Origin: Cyanobacteriota bacterium
GTDB taxonomy: Bacteria > Cyanobacteriota > Cyanobacteriia > Cyanobacteriales > Nostocaceae
NCBI GenBank assembly: GCA_046045965.1
Contig: JBJOKS010000021.1
Location: 1-64,000 of the forward strand
Direction: 5' to 3'
Length of the DNA: 64,000 nucleotides
The notes beneath the pieces are model-generated. The model did no database searches. It saw only the letters and a program-made list of their open reading frames with translations, and had not been told where the DNA came from. Shown piece by piece: positions 31,487 to 41,372 of this stretch; the stretch's first letter is position 1; each line of letters begins with the position of its first letter. The translations under genes and the position numbers were made by a program.

Positions 31487-31812
31487 CTTTCACTCCTCGA
31501 TATAATTTTTTTAACAGTGTTGATCTACTATGCTTTTGCTTTTCTGCGGTTTGGACTTTAATTATTAGTTCTGGATCATAATGTCCAAAAAGGTTATTAC
31601 CTGTAATCGGTAATGAGCTAATTGCTGACAAGCAGCTTGGGTATCAACTCTGGTATGACATCTATGTCATTATAGTGTTTCTGCTGCTGATGTCTACTAT
31701 ATTTTCCGCTGAGGTTGTCAACGCTAATCACAATACCAAACATTGTTTTTTTACATGACATTTGTACAACTGTTAATTAACCCTTGCTGCCCAAGGATAT
31801 CTATCAGCCAGT

Positions 31813-32649
31813 CTAAATCACGTCGGCAAACTTTCTTTCCATCTTGCGGAAATACCAAATACCACTCAGCAACAGTGAAAATACCAGTGCCAAAGAGAGA
31901 ATAAACCCTGGTATATACAAATTCGACTCACCGCCCAAAATTGCCCACCGGAAACCATCAATTACTCCTACCATGGGGTTTAATGAGTAGAGAAATCGCC
32001 ACTTTTCAGGAACAACACTGCTACTAAATCCTACAGGGGATATATAAAGTCCAAATTGGACAATAAACGGTACAATATAACGGAAATCTCTATATTGGAC
32101 ATTTAAAGAAGCAAACCATAATCCTGCTCCCATGGAAGCAGCAAAGGCAACACCTATAAACAGGGGTAGTGTCAAAATCCGCCAACCTGGTACAAAGTTG
32201 TACCATGCCATTAGTGCCAATAAAATTATCCCCGAAATCATAAAGTCTACAAAGCTCACTACTACTGCGCTTGTAGGTACGACTAATCTGGGAAAATAGA
32301 CTTTGGAAATGAGGTTAGAATTGGTAATTAAACTGGTACTACATTCTGAAAGAGAATTGGCGAAAAACTGCCAAGGTAACATTGCTGAAAATACAAGGAT
32401 AGGATAAGGCACACCTGGAGATGGCAATTTTGCCAGCTGCCCAAACACGACTGTAAACACAACCATTGTCAGAAAAGGACGAATTAAAGCCCAAGCAATA
32501 CCAATGGCTGTTTGCTTGTACCTGACTAAAATATCTCGCCATGCCAGGAAATAAAATAACTCCCGATAGCGCCACAGGTCTTTCCAGTATTGGCTTTCCG
32601 TTCTTCCGGCTTCGATTATTAGTTCAGGCTGGGAAATGGTGTCTTTCAT
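31813..32649 (-). CDS. wzm: Polysaccharide ABC transporter permease
   Basis: RDILVRYKQTAIGIAW, LISKVYFPR, YRDFRYI, LNPM, ERKFADVI. Confidence 0.93.
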   Translation of the reverse strand: MKDTISQPELIIEAGRTESQYWKDLWRYRELFYFLAWRDILVRYKQTAIGIAWALIRPFLTMVVFTVVFGQLAKLPSPGVPYPILVFSAMLPWQFFANSLSECSTSLITNSNLISKVYFPRLVVPTSAVVVSFVDFMISGIILLALMAWYNFVPGWRILTLPLFIGVAFAASMGAGLWFASLNVQYRDFRYIVPFIVQFGLYISPVGFSSSVVPEKWRFLYSLNPMVGVIDGFRWAILGGESNLYIPGFILSLALVFSLLLSGIWYFRKMERKFADVI

Positions 32650-32704
32650 AACTGAAAATTTACTTATGCGGATATTTATCCACGGTGGGAAATACTCATA
32701 ATTC

Positions 32705-33130
32705 TTAGCTGATTATGGAAAAATCTTTGATACCGTTACCTCCCACAACACGGGATTGTCTGAAGGTAAACTCTCCTACAGATGGATTTCTATGGGGATT
32801 AATCACTCCTGTAGCTTGTTGCCAAAGTTCTGCTGGTGCTAGTGACAACTCATACATTGATTGACGTTTACGTACGTGATACCATTTGGTTTCTTGGCAA
32901 TCTTCACACCAAAAAGCTTCTAACCACTCGCCCTCTAAAGGAACTGCGGTTTTGGCTGCAACTAATATGAGTGCTTCTCTTCGTCTGATGCCTCTCTCTT
33001 GTAGTTGTCCGGGTCTTTCAGCAAATAAGCTATATTTTTGACTCATGCTATCTATGTAGCAGTTATGTACTGGACAATAGATAGATCGACGCTTGGAACG
33101 ATTCCGATTTCGGTCACACCTTCTCTGCAC
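32705..33130 (-). CDS. Hypothetical protein with putative Zn-binding motifs
   Basis: Basic N-terminus, CPVH and CEDC motifs; GTG start; co-oriented within the locus. Confidence 0.7.
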   Translation of the reverse strand: MQRRCDRNRNRSKRRSIYCPVHNCYIDSMSQKYSLFAERPGQLQERGIRRREALILVAAKTAVPLEGEWLEAFWCEDCQETKWYHVRKRQSMYELSLAPAELWQQATGVINPHRNPSVGEFTFRQSRVVGGNGIKDFSIIS

Positions 33131-33321
33131 TTCGGCCTCCCAAATCAGTTTGATACAACAAGATCAAAAGAAGGTTGCGTTGGAGGGACTGAGATCAAAA
33201 AGACCATCAAAGCCCTGCTCCTAATTAAAAAGTTGATTTATTAAATTTAAAAAACTAAGTTTTGTAAATCAGTTTGGAATTATATCACATTTGCACTTCT
33301 TTGACTGGTTTAGTCTACAGA

Positions 33322-34755
33322 CTACAAATGAGACTCTTGTAACACACGGAAATATTCTTTAGCTATGATTTGCGGCGTAAAATTTGACTGCAAATACTCT
33401 CGAGAGGCTTTACCCATAATTTCTGCTAATTTGCGATCGCTATTCAGCAGACGAATAAATTCAGCTAGAGCCATACTATCACCGTTCTCAACACTCACCC
33501 CACATTTGCCATCAGCTATCAGCTGTCGCAAATAAGAGTAGTTTGAACAAATCACTGCTATCGGCCTACCAGAAGCTAAAGCTGGGTACAGTTTACTGGG
33601 AGCAACAAGACTTTCCATACCAGCTTCTACACTCACTAGAGATAAATCACAAGCTGTCAGAGAGTAAGGTAGGACTTGCTTGTCTTGATAGGGTAAAAAC
33701 AAAAAATTGGTTAGTCCTAATTTATTTACCTCCTCAATAAAATCTTTTCGTTTGGCTCCACTGCCAATACAAACGAACTGAATAGGTTCGTCTCGCAATT
33801 GTTTGGCAGTTTCGAGAATGGTGTCCATATCGTGACACCGACCCATATTACCAGAATAGAGAACAGTAAATTTGTTAACTAAATTATGTTGTTTGGCAAA
33901 CCAATTATTTTCTTTGGCAAGGGGTACAATTAAATCAGGATCTCCCCAACTATGAATCACAGAAACTTTATCCGCTACTTCGGGACAGATTGCTATTACT
34001 CTCTCCTTCATATCAGGACTTAGAACCACTATCCCCTTTGACTTACGCCAAATCATTCTGTTCAGATTTCGCCAAAACGCTGCCAGCCAATGATTTTTGG
34101 ATATTACTCCCAGGGCGATCGCAATATCTGGATAAAGATCATATATTAAACAAACGTAAGAAATCCTTAAACACAGGTGAGCCAGATATGCTGCTATGGG
34201 CAAAAAAGGCGGTGCAGAAGTGACCAAAAATACATTGTGCTTCCGAAAATTTCTGATCAAATGAAGAAAAGCACGCACTGTAAAGAGGACACCATTTGCT
34301 GCTTTGCCACGAATTCTTCCTGACCACACCTGGGTAGAACGCGATCTCTGAATGCGAATATCACCCAATTTCTCAACAGCCGGAGCATTAGCTGTGGAAA
34401 ACGCATACCCTGGCTGTCCTGTAAATACTTCAATATCTAACCCTTGCTGCTCTAATTGTTTTACTAGTTCTTCAATCAACTGTCCTGTAGCAGCATAGTC
34501 GGGCGGAAAAAATTCTGTAATTATCGATACTTTAATTTTTTTCCGTTCAGAGTTTTCCTTACCTTGAGAAGCATCAGTTAAGTCTGTGGAAGATAACCGG
34601 GGTGTAGCAAAACTTGTCTGTTTGTAAATTGGCTGATTCACAGTCTTTGGTTTCTTAGATATATTTAGCCTGTCTGTATCATTCTTCAAATCCTCTGTGG
34701 GGGATGGGGATGTGCTTGGATGAGAAATGGTTGACTTTTTCGGCCAGAATGCCAT
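33322..34755 (-). CDS. Glycosyltransferase family 4 (WcaI/WbuB-like)
   Basis: EFFPPDYAATGQL, TSAPPF, IYDLYPD, YSGNMGRCH, APSKLYPALASGRP. Confidence 0.92.
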   Translation of the reverse strand: MAFWPKKSTISHPSTSPSPTEDLKNDTDRLNISKKPKTVNQPIYKQTSFATPRLSSTDLTDASQGKENSERKKIKVSIITEFFPPDYAATGQLIEELVKQLEQQGLDIEVFTGQPGYAFSTANAPAVEKLGDIRIQRSRSTQVWSGRIRGKAANGVLFTVRAFLHLIRNFRKHNVFLVTSAPPFLPIAAYLAHLCLRISYVCLIYDLYPDIAIALGVISKNHWLAAFWRNLNRMIWRKSKGIVVLSPDMKERVIAICPEVADKVSVIHSWGDPDLIVPLAKENNWFAKQHNLVNKFTVLYSGNMGRCHDMDTILETAKQLRDEPIQFVCIGSGAKRKDFIEEVNKLGLTNFLFLPYQDKQVLPYSLTACDLSLVSVEAGMESLVAPSKLYPALASGRPIAVICSNYSYLRQLIADGKCGVSVENGDSMALAEFIRLLNSDRKLAEIMGKASREYLQSNFTPQIIAKEYFRVLQESHL

Positions 34756-35279
34756 GATCGTATTTTCCTGTAGAAAATTTTTAGGCTTACAGGTAGGAAT
34801 ATTGACTAAATTTAGTCGGTAAAGATTTTTTCAATTGCTAGATAGTGATAAGTAAATTTTCAACATTTGTTGTCAACCGGCTACATATTTATTGACAACA
34901 AAGTAAAACTTGTTCCGGAAAAAACTACTCAGCAGAATCACTGTTTTAACTTAAAGCTCCATTGGTAAACATGAGGAAGTAGAATAGAGGCGAATTAAGG
35001 GTTTGAATCGTTTATTTGAGTATACTAGAACAAAAACCATGATCAAAAAGCCTCTTGAAGAATAACAAAACCTGTCTACCATTTTTATCAAATTTTGATA
35101 AACTTGTTATATATATATATCAGAATGAAGTTATTTGGTAAAGTTCCCCAGTTTGATCCGTTACATAGAGTAATAACAAAACGAGGTTCTTCTTGATAAG
35201 AATAGCAAGTTATTAATACAAAGATTCGCCATATAATTTTAATTTATTAATATGACCATGTATCATAAAATAGCCTGTA

Positions 35280-36530
35280 CTAACACATAAGCAAGGTGCG
35301 CCGCAAATTATCCAAAGCTGTACACGCACTTAAATGACGAATAAAAGATCGATTCCGCATGGCTCCAAATCTACACTCATAACTTTTTACCTCATCTCCT
35401 GAACCAGCTAGACCAATATAGACCAAACCCACGGGTTTTGTATCAGTTCCCCCAGTAGGGCCAGCAATTCCCGTAATACTTAATCCCCAAGTAGTTCCCA
35501 GACGATTTCTCACACCAACAGCCATTTGTGCGGCTACAGTAGCACTTACCGCCCCAAAGTTGTCTAAATCTTCGGGTTTAACCCCCAATAATCGTATTTT
35601 CACCGAATTATCATAAGAAATTACCCCGCCCCAAAAGTAATCAGAACTACCGGGAATTTCTGTTAACATTTGTCCCAGTCCCCCACCTGTGCAAGATTCT
35701 GCTACTGATAGAGTTTCCCCTGATGACCGCAACAATTCACCAACAACAGAAGCCAAGGTATCATGATCTGCACCATAATAATCTAATCCAGCAATTTCTC
35801 TCAGTTGTTTTTCAATTGTTGCAATTAAATCATCTGCGGCTTTTGCATCAGAGGCTTTGGCGGAAATTCGCAGTCTAACTTCTCCATTACCCGCATAAGG
35901 TGCTACCGTTGGGTTGGGTAAATTCAGATAAGCAGATACTTTTTCTGCTAAAGCTGATTCACTAACACCCCAAAATTTTAAACTGCGACTGTAAATAATT
36001 TCCTTGCCCCAACCTTGACTTTTCAGAAAAGGTACTGCTGTTTCTGACCACATTCGGTGCATTTCACTAGGAACACCAGGAAAAGTAAAAATGGTTAATC
36101 CTGGACGGGGTTGCCAAATAATACCAGGTGCTGTTCCTGTCGGATTGGGTAAAATTTCTGATCCTTGGGGAATTAGGGCTTGTTTGCGGTTGCTAGGAGA
36201 CATCACCCGTCCCCGTTGGGCGAATTTATCAGTTATATCTTCAATAATCTCGGCACTTTCCACCAAGGGAACACCAAAAAAATCAGCGATGGTTTCACAA
36301 GTGAGGTCATCGGGTGTTGGTCCAAGACCTCCCGTGAAAATCAGAATTTCTGCCCTGGAAGCAGCAATTTCGATAACTTGCTTGAGTCTATCAGGATTAT
36401 CTCCCACCACGGTTTGATAGTAGTGAGGAATACCTAGCTGTGCTAATTGCTGGGCTAGAAATTGAGCATTGCTGTTGAGGATATCTCCTAGCAGCAATTC
36501 AGTACCAACACAAATAATTTCTGCACTCAT
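35280..36530 (-). CDS. cinA: Competence/damage-inducible protein A (MocF + NMN deamidase domains)
   Basis: VGTELLLGDILNSN, GGLGPTPDDLT, PGVPSEM, AESCTGG, ITGIAGPTGG. Confidence 0.95.
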   Translation of the reverse strand: MSAEIICVGTELLLGDILNSNAQFLAQQLAQLGIPHYYQTVVGDNPDRLKQVIEIAASRAEILIFTGGLGPTPDDLTCETIADFFGVPLVESAEIIEDITDKFAQRGRVMSPSNRKQALIPQGSEILPNPTGTAPGIIWQPRPGLTIFTFPGVPSEMHRMWSETAVPFLKSQGWGKEIIYSRSLKFWGVSESALAEKVSAYLNLPNPTVAPYAGNGEVRLRISAKASDAKAADDLIATIEKQLREIAGLDYYGADHDTLASVVGELLRSSGETLSVAESCTGGGLGQMLTEIPGSSDYFWGGVISYDNSVKIRLLGVKPEDLDNFGAVSATVAAQMAVGVRNRLGTTWGLSITGIAGPTGGTDTKPVGLVYIGLAGSGDEVKSYECRFGAMRNRSFIRHLSACTALDNLRRTLLMC

Positions 36531-36606
36531 GGGACTGGGGACTCTTTACTGGGGACTGGGAACTGGTAATGAATCATTTACTCTCACCGGTCCCCTATGA
36601 CTAAAA

Positions 36607-37656
36607 TCAAGATTGTCGAGAAAGTTTCCAGACTCGCCAAATAGCATAACTCAATACAGAGGTAGATGCACAGGCATAGGTAACACCGCTAGGAATACCG
36701 GCAATAGCTAATGCTAAACTACCAACCCAAAGAGTTAAGGAATAAATAAACAAAACTGTTAATCTGTGGGATAAACCCACTCTTAACAGTCGGTGGTGTA
36801 AATGGCTGTGTCCATCAGCAACCCAAGGTAGTTTACCTTTACGGAGTCGGGATAAAATCACGGCGGACATATCCACAATTGGTACTGCCAAAATCAAATA
36901 AGGTAAGATGACGGCGGTAAAAGCGGGAACTTTGACCAGACCAATTACACCTACAGATGCTAAGGTGAATCCCATAAAATAAGAACCACCATCACCCATA
37001 AAGATTTGGGCTGGGTTGAAGTTGTAGCGAAGAAATCCTAATGCTGCTCCAGCTAAGGCGGCTGCAATTAGGGCTGCTTCTGGTTGGTGCATAAATAAGG
37101 ATACGAACAGCATGACTACAGCAGCAATTCCTGTGACACCAGCTGCTAGTCCATCTAAACCATCAATCCAGTTAATAGCATTCACCATTCCCACTAGCCA
37201 AATTACTGTAATTGGTAAACTCAGCCAATAGAGATGAACTATGCCCAGGGTGGGGATGGTAATAAAATCTATGCTAACTCCTGCTTTCCATGCTCCAGCG
37301 GCCACAATGACTTGTATCAGTAGGCGTAACAAGGGAGATAGGTTTAATAAATCGTCTGCTAAACCGATGAGAAAAAAGCCTAGTCCACCTAATGTCACGC
37401 CCCAAATTTGCCATTCTTTTTCCGGTGGTAGATTGGCAAATCCTCCTAACCACCAGATAATTAATAGGGAGATAATAGTACCTGCGAAGATAGAAATTCC
37501 TCCCAGGCGTACCATCGGACGCTGATGAAGTTTTCTTCCATCTGGTTTATCTAACTTTCCGCTTTTGATGCCCATTTTTTTGACATCGGGTATAGTCCAG
37601 AGAACGACTACTGCGGCAACAAGAAAGGCAATCAGATGATAAATCTGAGGAGGCAT
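36607..37656 (-). CDS. MraY/WecA-family undecaprenyl-phosphate sugar-1-phosphate transferase
   Basis: GLADD, NAINWIDGLDGLA, NFNPAQIFMGDGGS, HLHHRL. Confidence 0.92.
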   Translation of the reverse strand: MPPQIYHLIAFLVAAVVVLWTIPDVKKMGIKSGKLDKPDGRKLHQRPMVRLGGISIFAGTIISLLIIWWLGGFANLPPEKEWQIWGVTLGGLGFFLIGLADDLLNLSPLLRLLIQVIVAAGAWKAGVSIDFITIPTLGIVHLYWLSLPITVIWLVGMVNAINWIDGLDGLAAGVTGIAAVVMLFVSLFMHQPEAALIAAALAGAALGFLRYNFNPAQIFMGDGGSYFMGFTLASVGVIGLVKVPAFTAVILPYLILAVPIVDMSAVILSRLRKGKLPWVADGHSHLHHRLLRVGLSHRLTVLFIYSLTLWVGSLALAIAGIPSGVTYACASTSVLSYAIWRVWKLSRQS

Positions 37657-37812
37657 CGGTATTTTTTAATAATTAGTTGATATGAGCAAAATTGTGTGAG
37701 GGCAATTTCTACTTAGATTTACTACATCGGGGAGTATTTATCAGCACAATAATATTTGGATTTTAGATTTTAGATGAGAAATTACGATCTCAAATCTAAA
37801 ATCTAATATCGC

Positions 37813-39096
37813 TTAGGCTAGAACTGGTAAGGGGATTTCTAGGTGAGAATACAAGGGGAAGCGATCGCACAAGGCAGCAACTCGCCGACGGCAATCTTCT
37901 GTCACTGCGTTAGAATCTGGGGCAAGCAAGCGATCGCTAATAATATTCCCAATTTCTGTAAATTCTGCTACACCTAAGCCTCTTGTGGTCATAGCGGGTG
38001 AACCAAGTCTCAAACCGCTGGTAACAAATGGTGATGCTGGGTCAAAAGGCACTGTATTTTTATTAGCTGTGATATTTACACCACTCACTAGCTGATCTGC
38101 CTTTTTACCCGTCATGCCAATAGACTGTAAATCTACTAACATTAAATGATTATCTGTGCCATTAGATACTAATTTCAAGCCTCTGTTTTGTAGTTGGGTA
38201 GCTAAAGCACGAGCATTTTCAATCACTTGGCCTGAATAGGTTGTAAACTCTGGTTTGAGTGCTTCCCCAAATGCCACGGCTTTACCAGCTATTACGTGTT
38301 CTAATGGTCCGCCTTGAGTACCAGGGAAAACTGATTTATCCAGCTTTTTACCCAATTCTGCATCGCGGGTTAAAATCAATCCACCTCTGGGACCACGTAA
38401 GGTTTTATGAGTTGTTGTCGTCACAACATCACAGTAGGGAAGGGGGTTAGGATGATGACCTGTCGCTACTAACCCAGCGATGTGAGCAATATCTGCCAGC
38501 AGGTAAGCGCCAACTTCATCAGCAATACTGCGGAATTTTTCAAAGTCAATGATCCGAGGATAAGCTGAATAACCGCAAATTAAGAGCTTAGGACGTTCTT
38601 TGAGGGCTAAATCACGAATTTGGTCATAGTCTAGTTGTTCTGTTTCTTTGCTAACTCCATAGTGACGCACTTGGAACCATTTACCGGAAACATTCACGGG
38701 TGAACCGTGGGTTAAGTGTCCACCGTGGGACAAGTCCATCCCCATAATTGTGTCACCTGGTTCTAGCAGGGTCAGGAACACGGCAAAATTTGCCTGTGCG
38801 CCAGAATGGGGTTGAACGTTAGCATGAGCAGCACCAAATAGTTGTTTGGCTCTGTCAATGGCTATTTGTTCAATTTTGTCAACAAATTCACAACCGCCAT
38901 AGTAACGTTTACCTGGTAAGCCTTCTGCGTATTTATTGGTTAATACAGAACCTTGTGCCGCTAGTACAGCAGCGGAGGTAAAGTTTTCACTAGCAATCAA
39001 TTCTAGGTGATCACGTTGCCGTTGTAGTTCTTGGTTGATTAATTCGTTAACAGCAGGATCTGAGGATTTAAGTATGTCTGAGTTGGTCTTATTCAC
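37813..39096 (-). CDS. glyA: Serine hydroxymethyltransferase
   Basis: [43 protein letters not shown]. Confidence 0.98.
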   Translation of the reverse strand: MNKTNSDILKSSDPAVNELINQELQRQRDHLELIASENFTSAAVLAAQGSVLTNKYAEGLPGKRYYGGCEFVDKIEQIAIDRAKQLFGAAHANVQPHSGAQANFAVFLTLLEPGDTIMGMDLSHGGHLTHGSPVNVSGKWFQVRHYGVSKETEQLDYDQIRDLALKERPKLLICGYSAYPRIIDFEKFRSIADEVGAYLLADIAHIAGLVATGHHPNPLPYCDVVTTTTHKTLRGPRGGLILTRDAELGKKLDKSVFPGTQGGPLEHVIAGKAVAFGEALKPEFTTYSGQVIENARALATQLQNRGLKLVSNGTDNHLMLVDLQSIGMTGKKADQLVSGVNITANKNTVPFDPASPFVTSGLRLGSPAMTTRGLGVAEFTEIGNIISDRLLAPDSNAVTEDCRRRVAALCDRFPLYSHLEIPLPVLA

Positions 39097-39356
39097 GGGA
39101 ATTATCCTTTGATAAATTGGTAAAACGTGAGATTTTGTTGGCAGTACAGCACTGTGGTGACAGCGTTATAACTGTTCTTTTAATCTTTTTTGAGTCTTAA
39201 CTTCATTATTTAACAACAAGCTAATTAATAGTTTCATGTATTAGCAAGCTGGTTGTGAACTTCAGTTTCCATCCTCTGTCTGTCATTGACTAGCTCTAAA
39301 AATGCAAGTATTAATTTTGACTAACAAAAAGAAATATCTAAGATATATAACATACA

Positions 39357-39478
39357 TTGACACTCCCCGGTATAAAGACACGGGGATTCTCAAGAAGCCC
39401 AAAAACGGACTCTTAAAGGCGTAGTCAAAGCGCCCCTATAGACTCCATCGAGGTTTAATCCCAATGTTGCCTGTACTT
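39357..39478 (-). ncRNA. IS200/IS605 right end / TnpB omega-RNA (reRNA) scaffold overlapping the tnpB 3' end
   Basis: Minus strand reads GAAT-CCCCG..CGGGG hairpin-AGTGTCAA (IS608-type GAAT guide / TCAA cleavage tetramers). An upstream loop TTGAC is complementary to the terminal GTCAA. The 5' boundary is approximate. Confidence 0.75.
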
Positions 39479-40637
39479 TTCTTAAAATATTTGCTGCCGC
39501 ATTAGCATCAGCATTAACATAAAAATTGTTAGTAGTACGATACAATCCACGCTTTATTCGTTTCCCTGATTCTTTCCACGTCACGGGTTTTTCACTGTAT
39601 TTGGGGAGAAAATCATGATCTAAAAACGAAGCTTTGGATGTATAACTTTCCTCAGTTTCTACAAACTCAATCCCGTATTGTTCACATAGTTGAGAAATGC
39701 GATTTTTTACTTTAGCAGTAGGAATTTGCACAAATGTCTGATTAAATTTTGTTCCTAAATTAACTTCTTGTCTTTGTCCTTTATTCCACCCAAAGACTAA
39801 AATTCCAATTTCATGTTTTAAGCAATGGTCTATTACCAATCTTGCTGCTTTGTTGACAGCATCACGCATCCGACGATTTCGTTTTTCTGTAATAGCAGCT
39901 AATCTTTTAGACCAAAATCCTTGGGGTTTATTTTGTTTAATAATGGCAATCTGTTTATTATACGATTGATTGACAGATTTTAAATGTCTACCATCAATAA
40001 TAAATGAAGTTCCCAGGTTAGAAACACAAGTTAACCAATTACCAATTCCTGTATCTATTCCCAGACATCTATCTGGACTTACTTGCTGTTTCTGTGTCTC
40101 TGAAGTTTGATAAACAAGCTCAACATAGAAACAACGATTACGAGGTACTATTCTTAGCTCTTTGATGTCATCAAAGTTTAAGTTAGATGACATTGGTAGC
40201 AGAAAGTTCTTCAAATTAAACCATCTATTGATAGTTGTGCCTAATGGTATTTGAATCTGCCCTTCTACTAATTTCAGTGCTTGTTTGGGGTAAGATATTG
40301 CTGCTAATCCAGGTTTTCTGTATTTAGGCAGTCTTGGTTGATATTGTAGTTCTCCTTTTCTGTACTTGCTGTTTAAAGCCTTGAATGATTTGAAAGATTC
40401 AAATACCGACAAAAGAGTTTGTTGTGCAGCTTGAGAATGCAAGGCTTGGTAATGTTTATTGTTTTTATATTCATTAATCAAATCAAACTTCTCGATTATC
40501 TTCCCTGTTTTGAAGAAGATTTGCCTGGCATAGTAAATACCGCAATTAGTTAATTTGTGAGATTCAGAACAGATAAATTCTAATATGGCTTTGAGAGATT
40601 TATCGGGTTTAATGAGATTTTGCTGGCATTTGTACAA
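39390..40637 (-). mobile_element. tnpB: RNA-guided endonuclease TnpB (IS200/IS605 family, no adjacent tnpA)
   Basis: RuvC-I LGIDTG, VFGWN...TEESYTSK (shifted RuvC-II Glu), RuvC-III NADANAAANIL; N-terminal HSQAAQQ..PRLPKYRK. TTG start at 40637 follows AGGAGG. Confidence 0.93.
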
Positions 40638-40667
40638 AAATATCACCTCCTGAAGAATAATGTTGTT

Positions 40668-40696
40668 ATTTTAGACAAAGGTGGATTATATGTAAA
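40668..40696 (-). promoter_or_regulatory. Sigma70-type promoter for tnpB
   Basis: Minus strand TTTACA-17 nt-TAAAAT, about 30 nt upstream of the start, followed by AGGAGG. Confidence 0.6.
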
Positions 40697-40758
40697 GGAA
40701 GGAGATTGAACTAAGTGGAATGTCACTGAGGGAAGACAGCCCTTGATTGGCTTTCATG

Positions 40759-40934
40759 AGGCAGTGCGTTGGTGAAACAGTCCGGTCTTGGGGTTTCCAC
40801 GCCACTTGCTACAACGGGGGGAACCCCCGCAACGCAGTGGCTCCCCAGGAGGAACTGCTGAAAGGGTTTCCCGGCTTGTTAGCGTTCGCGCAGCGTGCCG
40901 TAGGCATAGCTCTGAAAGAGGCAGCAACTGCCGT
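40759..40934. repeat. Nested stack of small dispersed (SDR-like) mobile repeats
   Basis: GC-rich island. 40799-40842 (reverse complement) and the split outer unit both match the 44-nt element at 56845-56888. Confidence 0.75.
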
Positions 40935-41093
40935 CCCCTGCTATCAAGGACGGCTAAGTTTTTCCGCCAAGATCCAAAACTTAACCTCAAGGGTTTTCAG
41001 CCTATTTTCTTATAAAACAAGGAGCAGTTAGCAAAAATTTGCTATTTTCTGCGTCTGTGCCTTGATGCCAAAAGGAGCGATGGAGGTATTTGG

Positions 41094-41291
41094 ATGCTAG
41101 TCATTTTAACGGATGATCAAATCTTTGCCCCTGAGCAAGTTTGTCAGTCTTGTTTGCTTGCTAACAATAGCGGACAACCCCGCTGGTATGGAGATAAACT
41201 GCGTTGTGGTCAAGCTATTCGCAAATGTACGGAACAACAGCCAGAGCAGTATGAGTGTATGATGGGCTTCCGGCTCGCTAATATAAAATAA
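41094..41291 (+). CDS. Small Cys-containing hypothetical protein
   Basis: 65 aa, GGAGG RBS, VCQSC and further Cys; resembles a small protein commonly found upstream of Tic20 in cyanobacteria. Confidence 0.72.
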   Translation: MLVILTDDQIFAPEQVCQSCLLANNSGQPRWYGDKLRCGQAIRKCTEQQPEQYECMMGFRLANIK

Positions 41292-41372
41292 TCTAATTTT
41301 CCAGCAATATTAAGCAGCTGCGTTATCCTATGGTCAAATAGCTATTCAAATTTAGCCATAGGAGAATTTACC

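Larger units (their letters stand above)
6207..34755 (-). other. Polysaccharide biosynthesis/export locus, probably for a sulfated exopolysaccharide
   Basis: 27 co-oriented ORFs: GTs, sulfotransferases, cysC, wzm/wzt, wzy-like, wzc, acetyl- and methyltransferases. Confidence 0.85.

Noticed and set aside
31416..31631. 71-aa ORF between wzm and cysC
   Set aside because: TTG start, overlaps the cysC start out of frame, no recognisable domain.
39390..40637. Catalytically dead TnpB (TldR-like repressor) because the canonical RuvC-II Glu is replaced by Gly (VFGWN)
   Set aside because: RuvC-I and RuvC-III Asp are intact, and the EESYTS motif supplies the shifted Glu known from rearranged-RuvC TnpB clades; inactivity cannot be claimed.
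40715..40760. TGTCACTGAGGGAAGAC resembling part of a cobalamin riboswitch
   Set aside because: The other conserved elements (B12 box, GGGAA/CCCG core) were not found and no B12-related gene is adjacent.
40747..41031. Three overlapping short ORFs (40747-41031 +, 40754-40990 -, 40788-41015 +)
   Set aside because: They run through the GC-rich nested repeat stack, which lacks stop codons by composition; no protein-like motifs.
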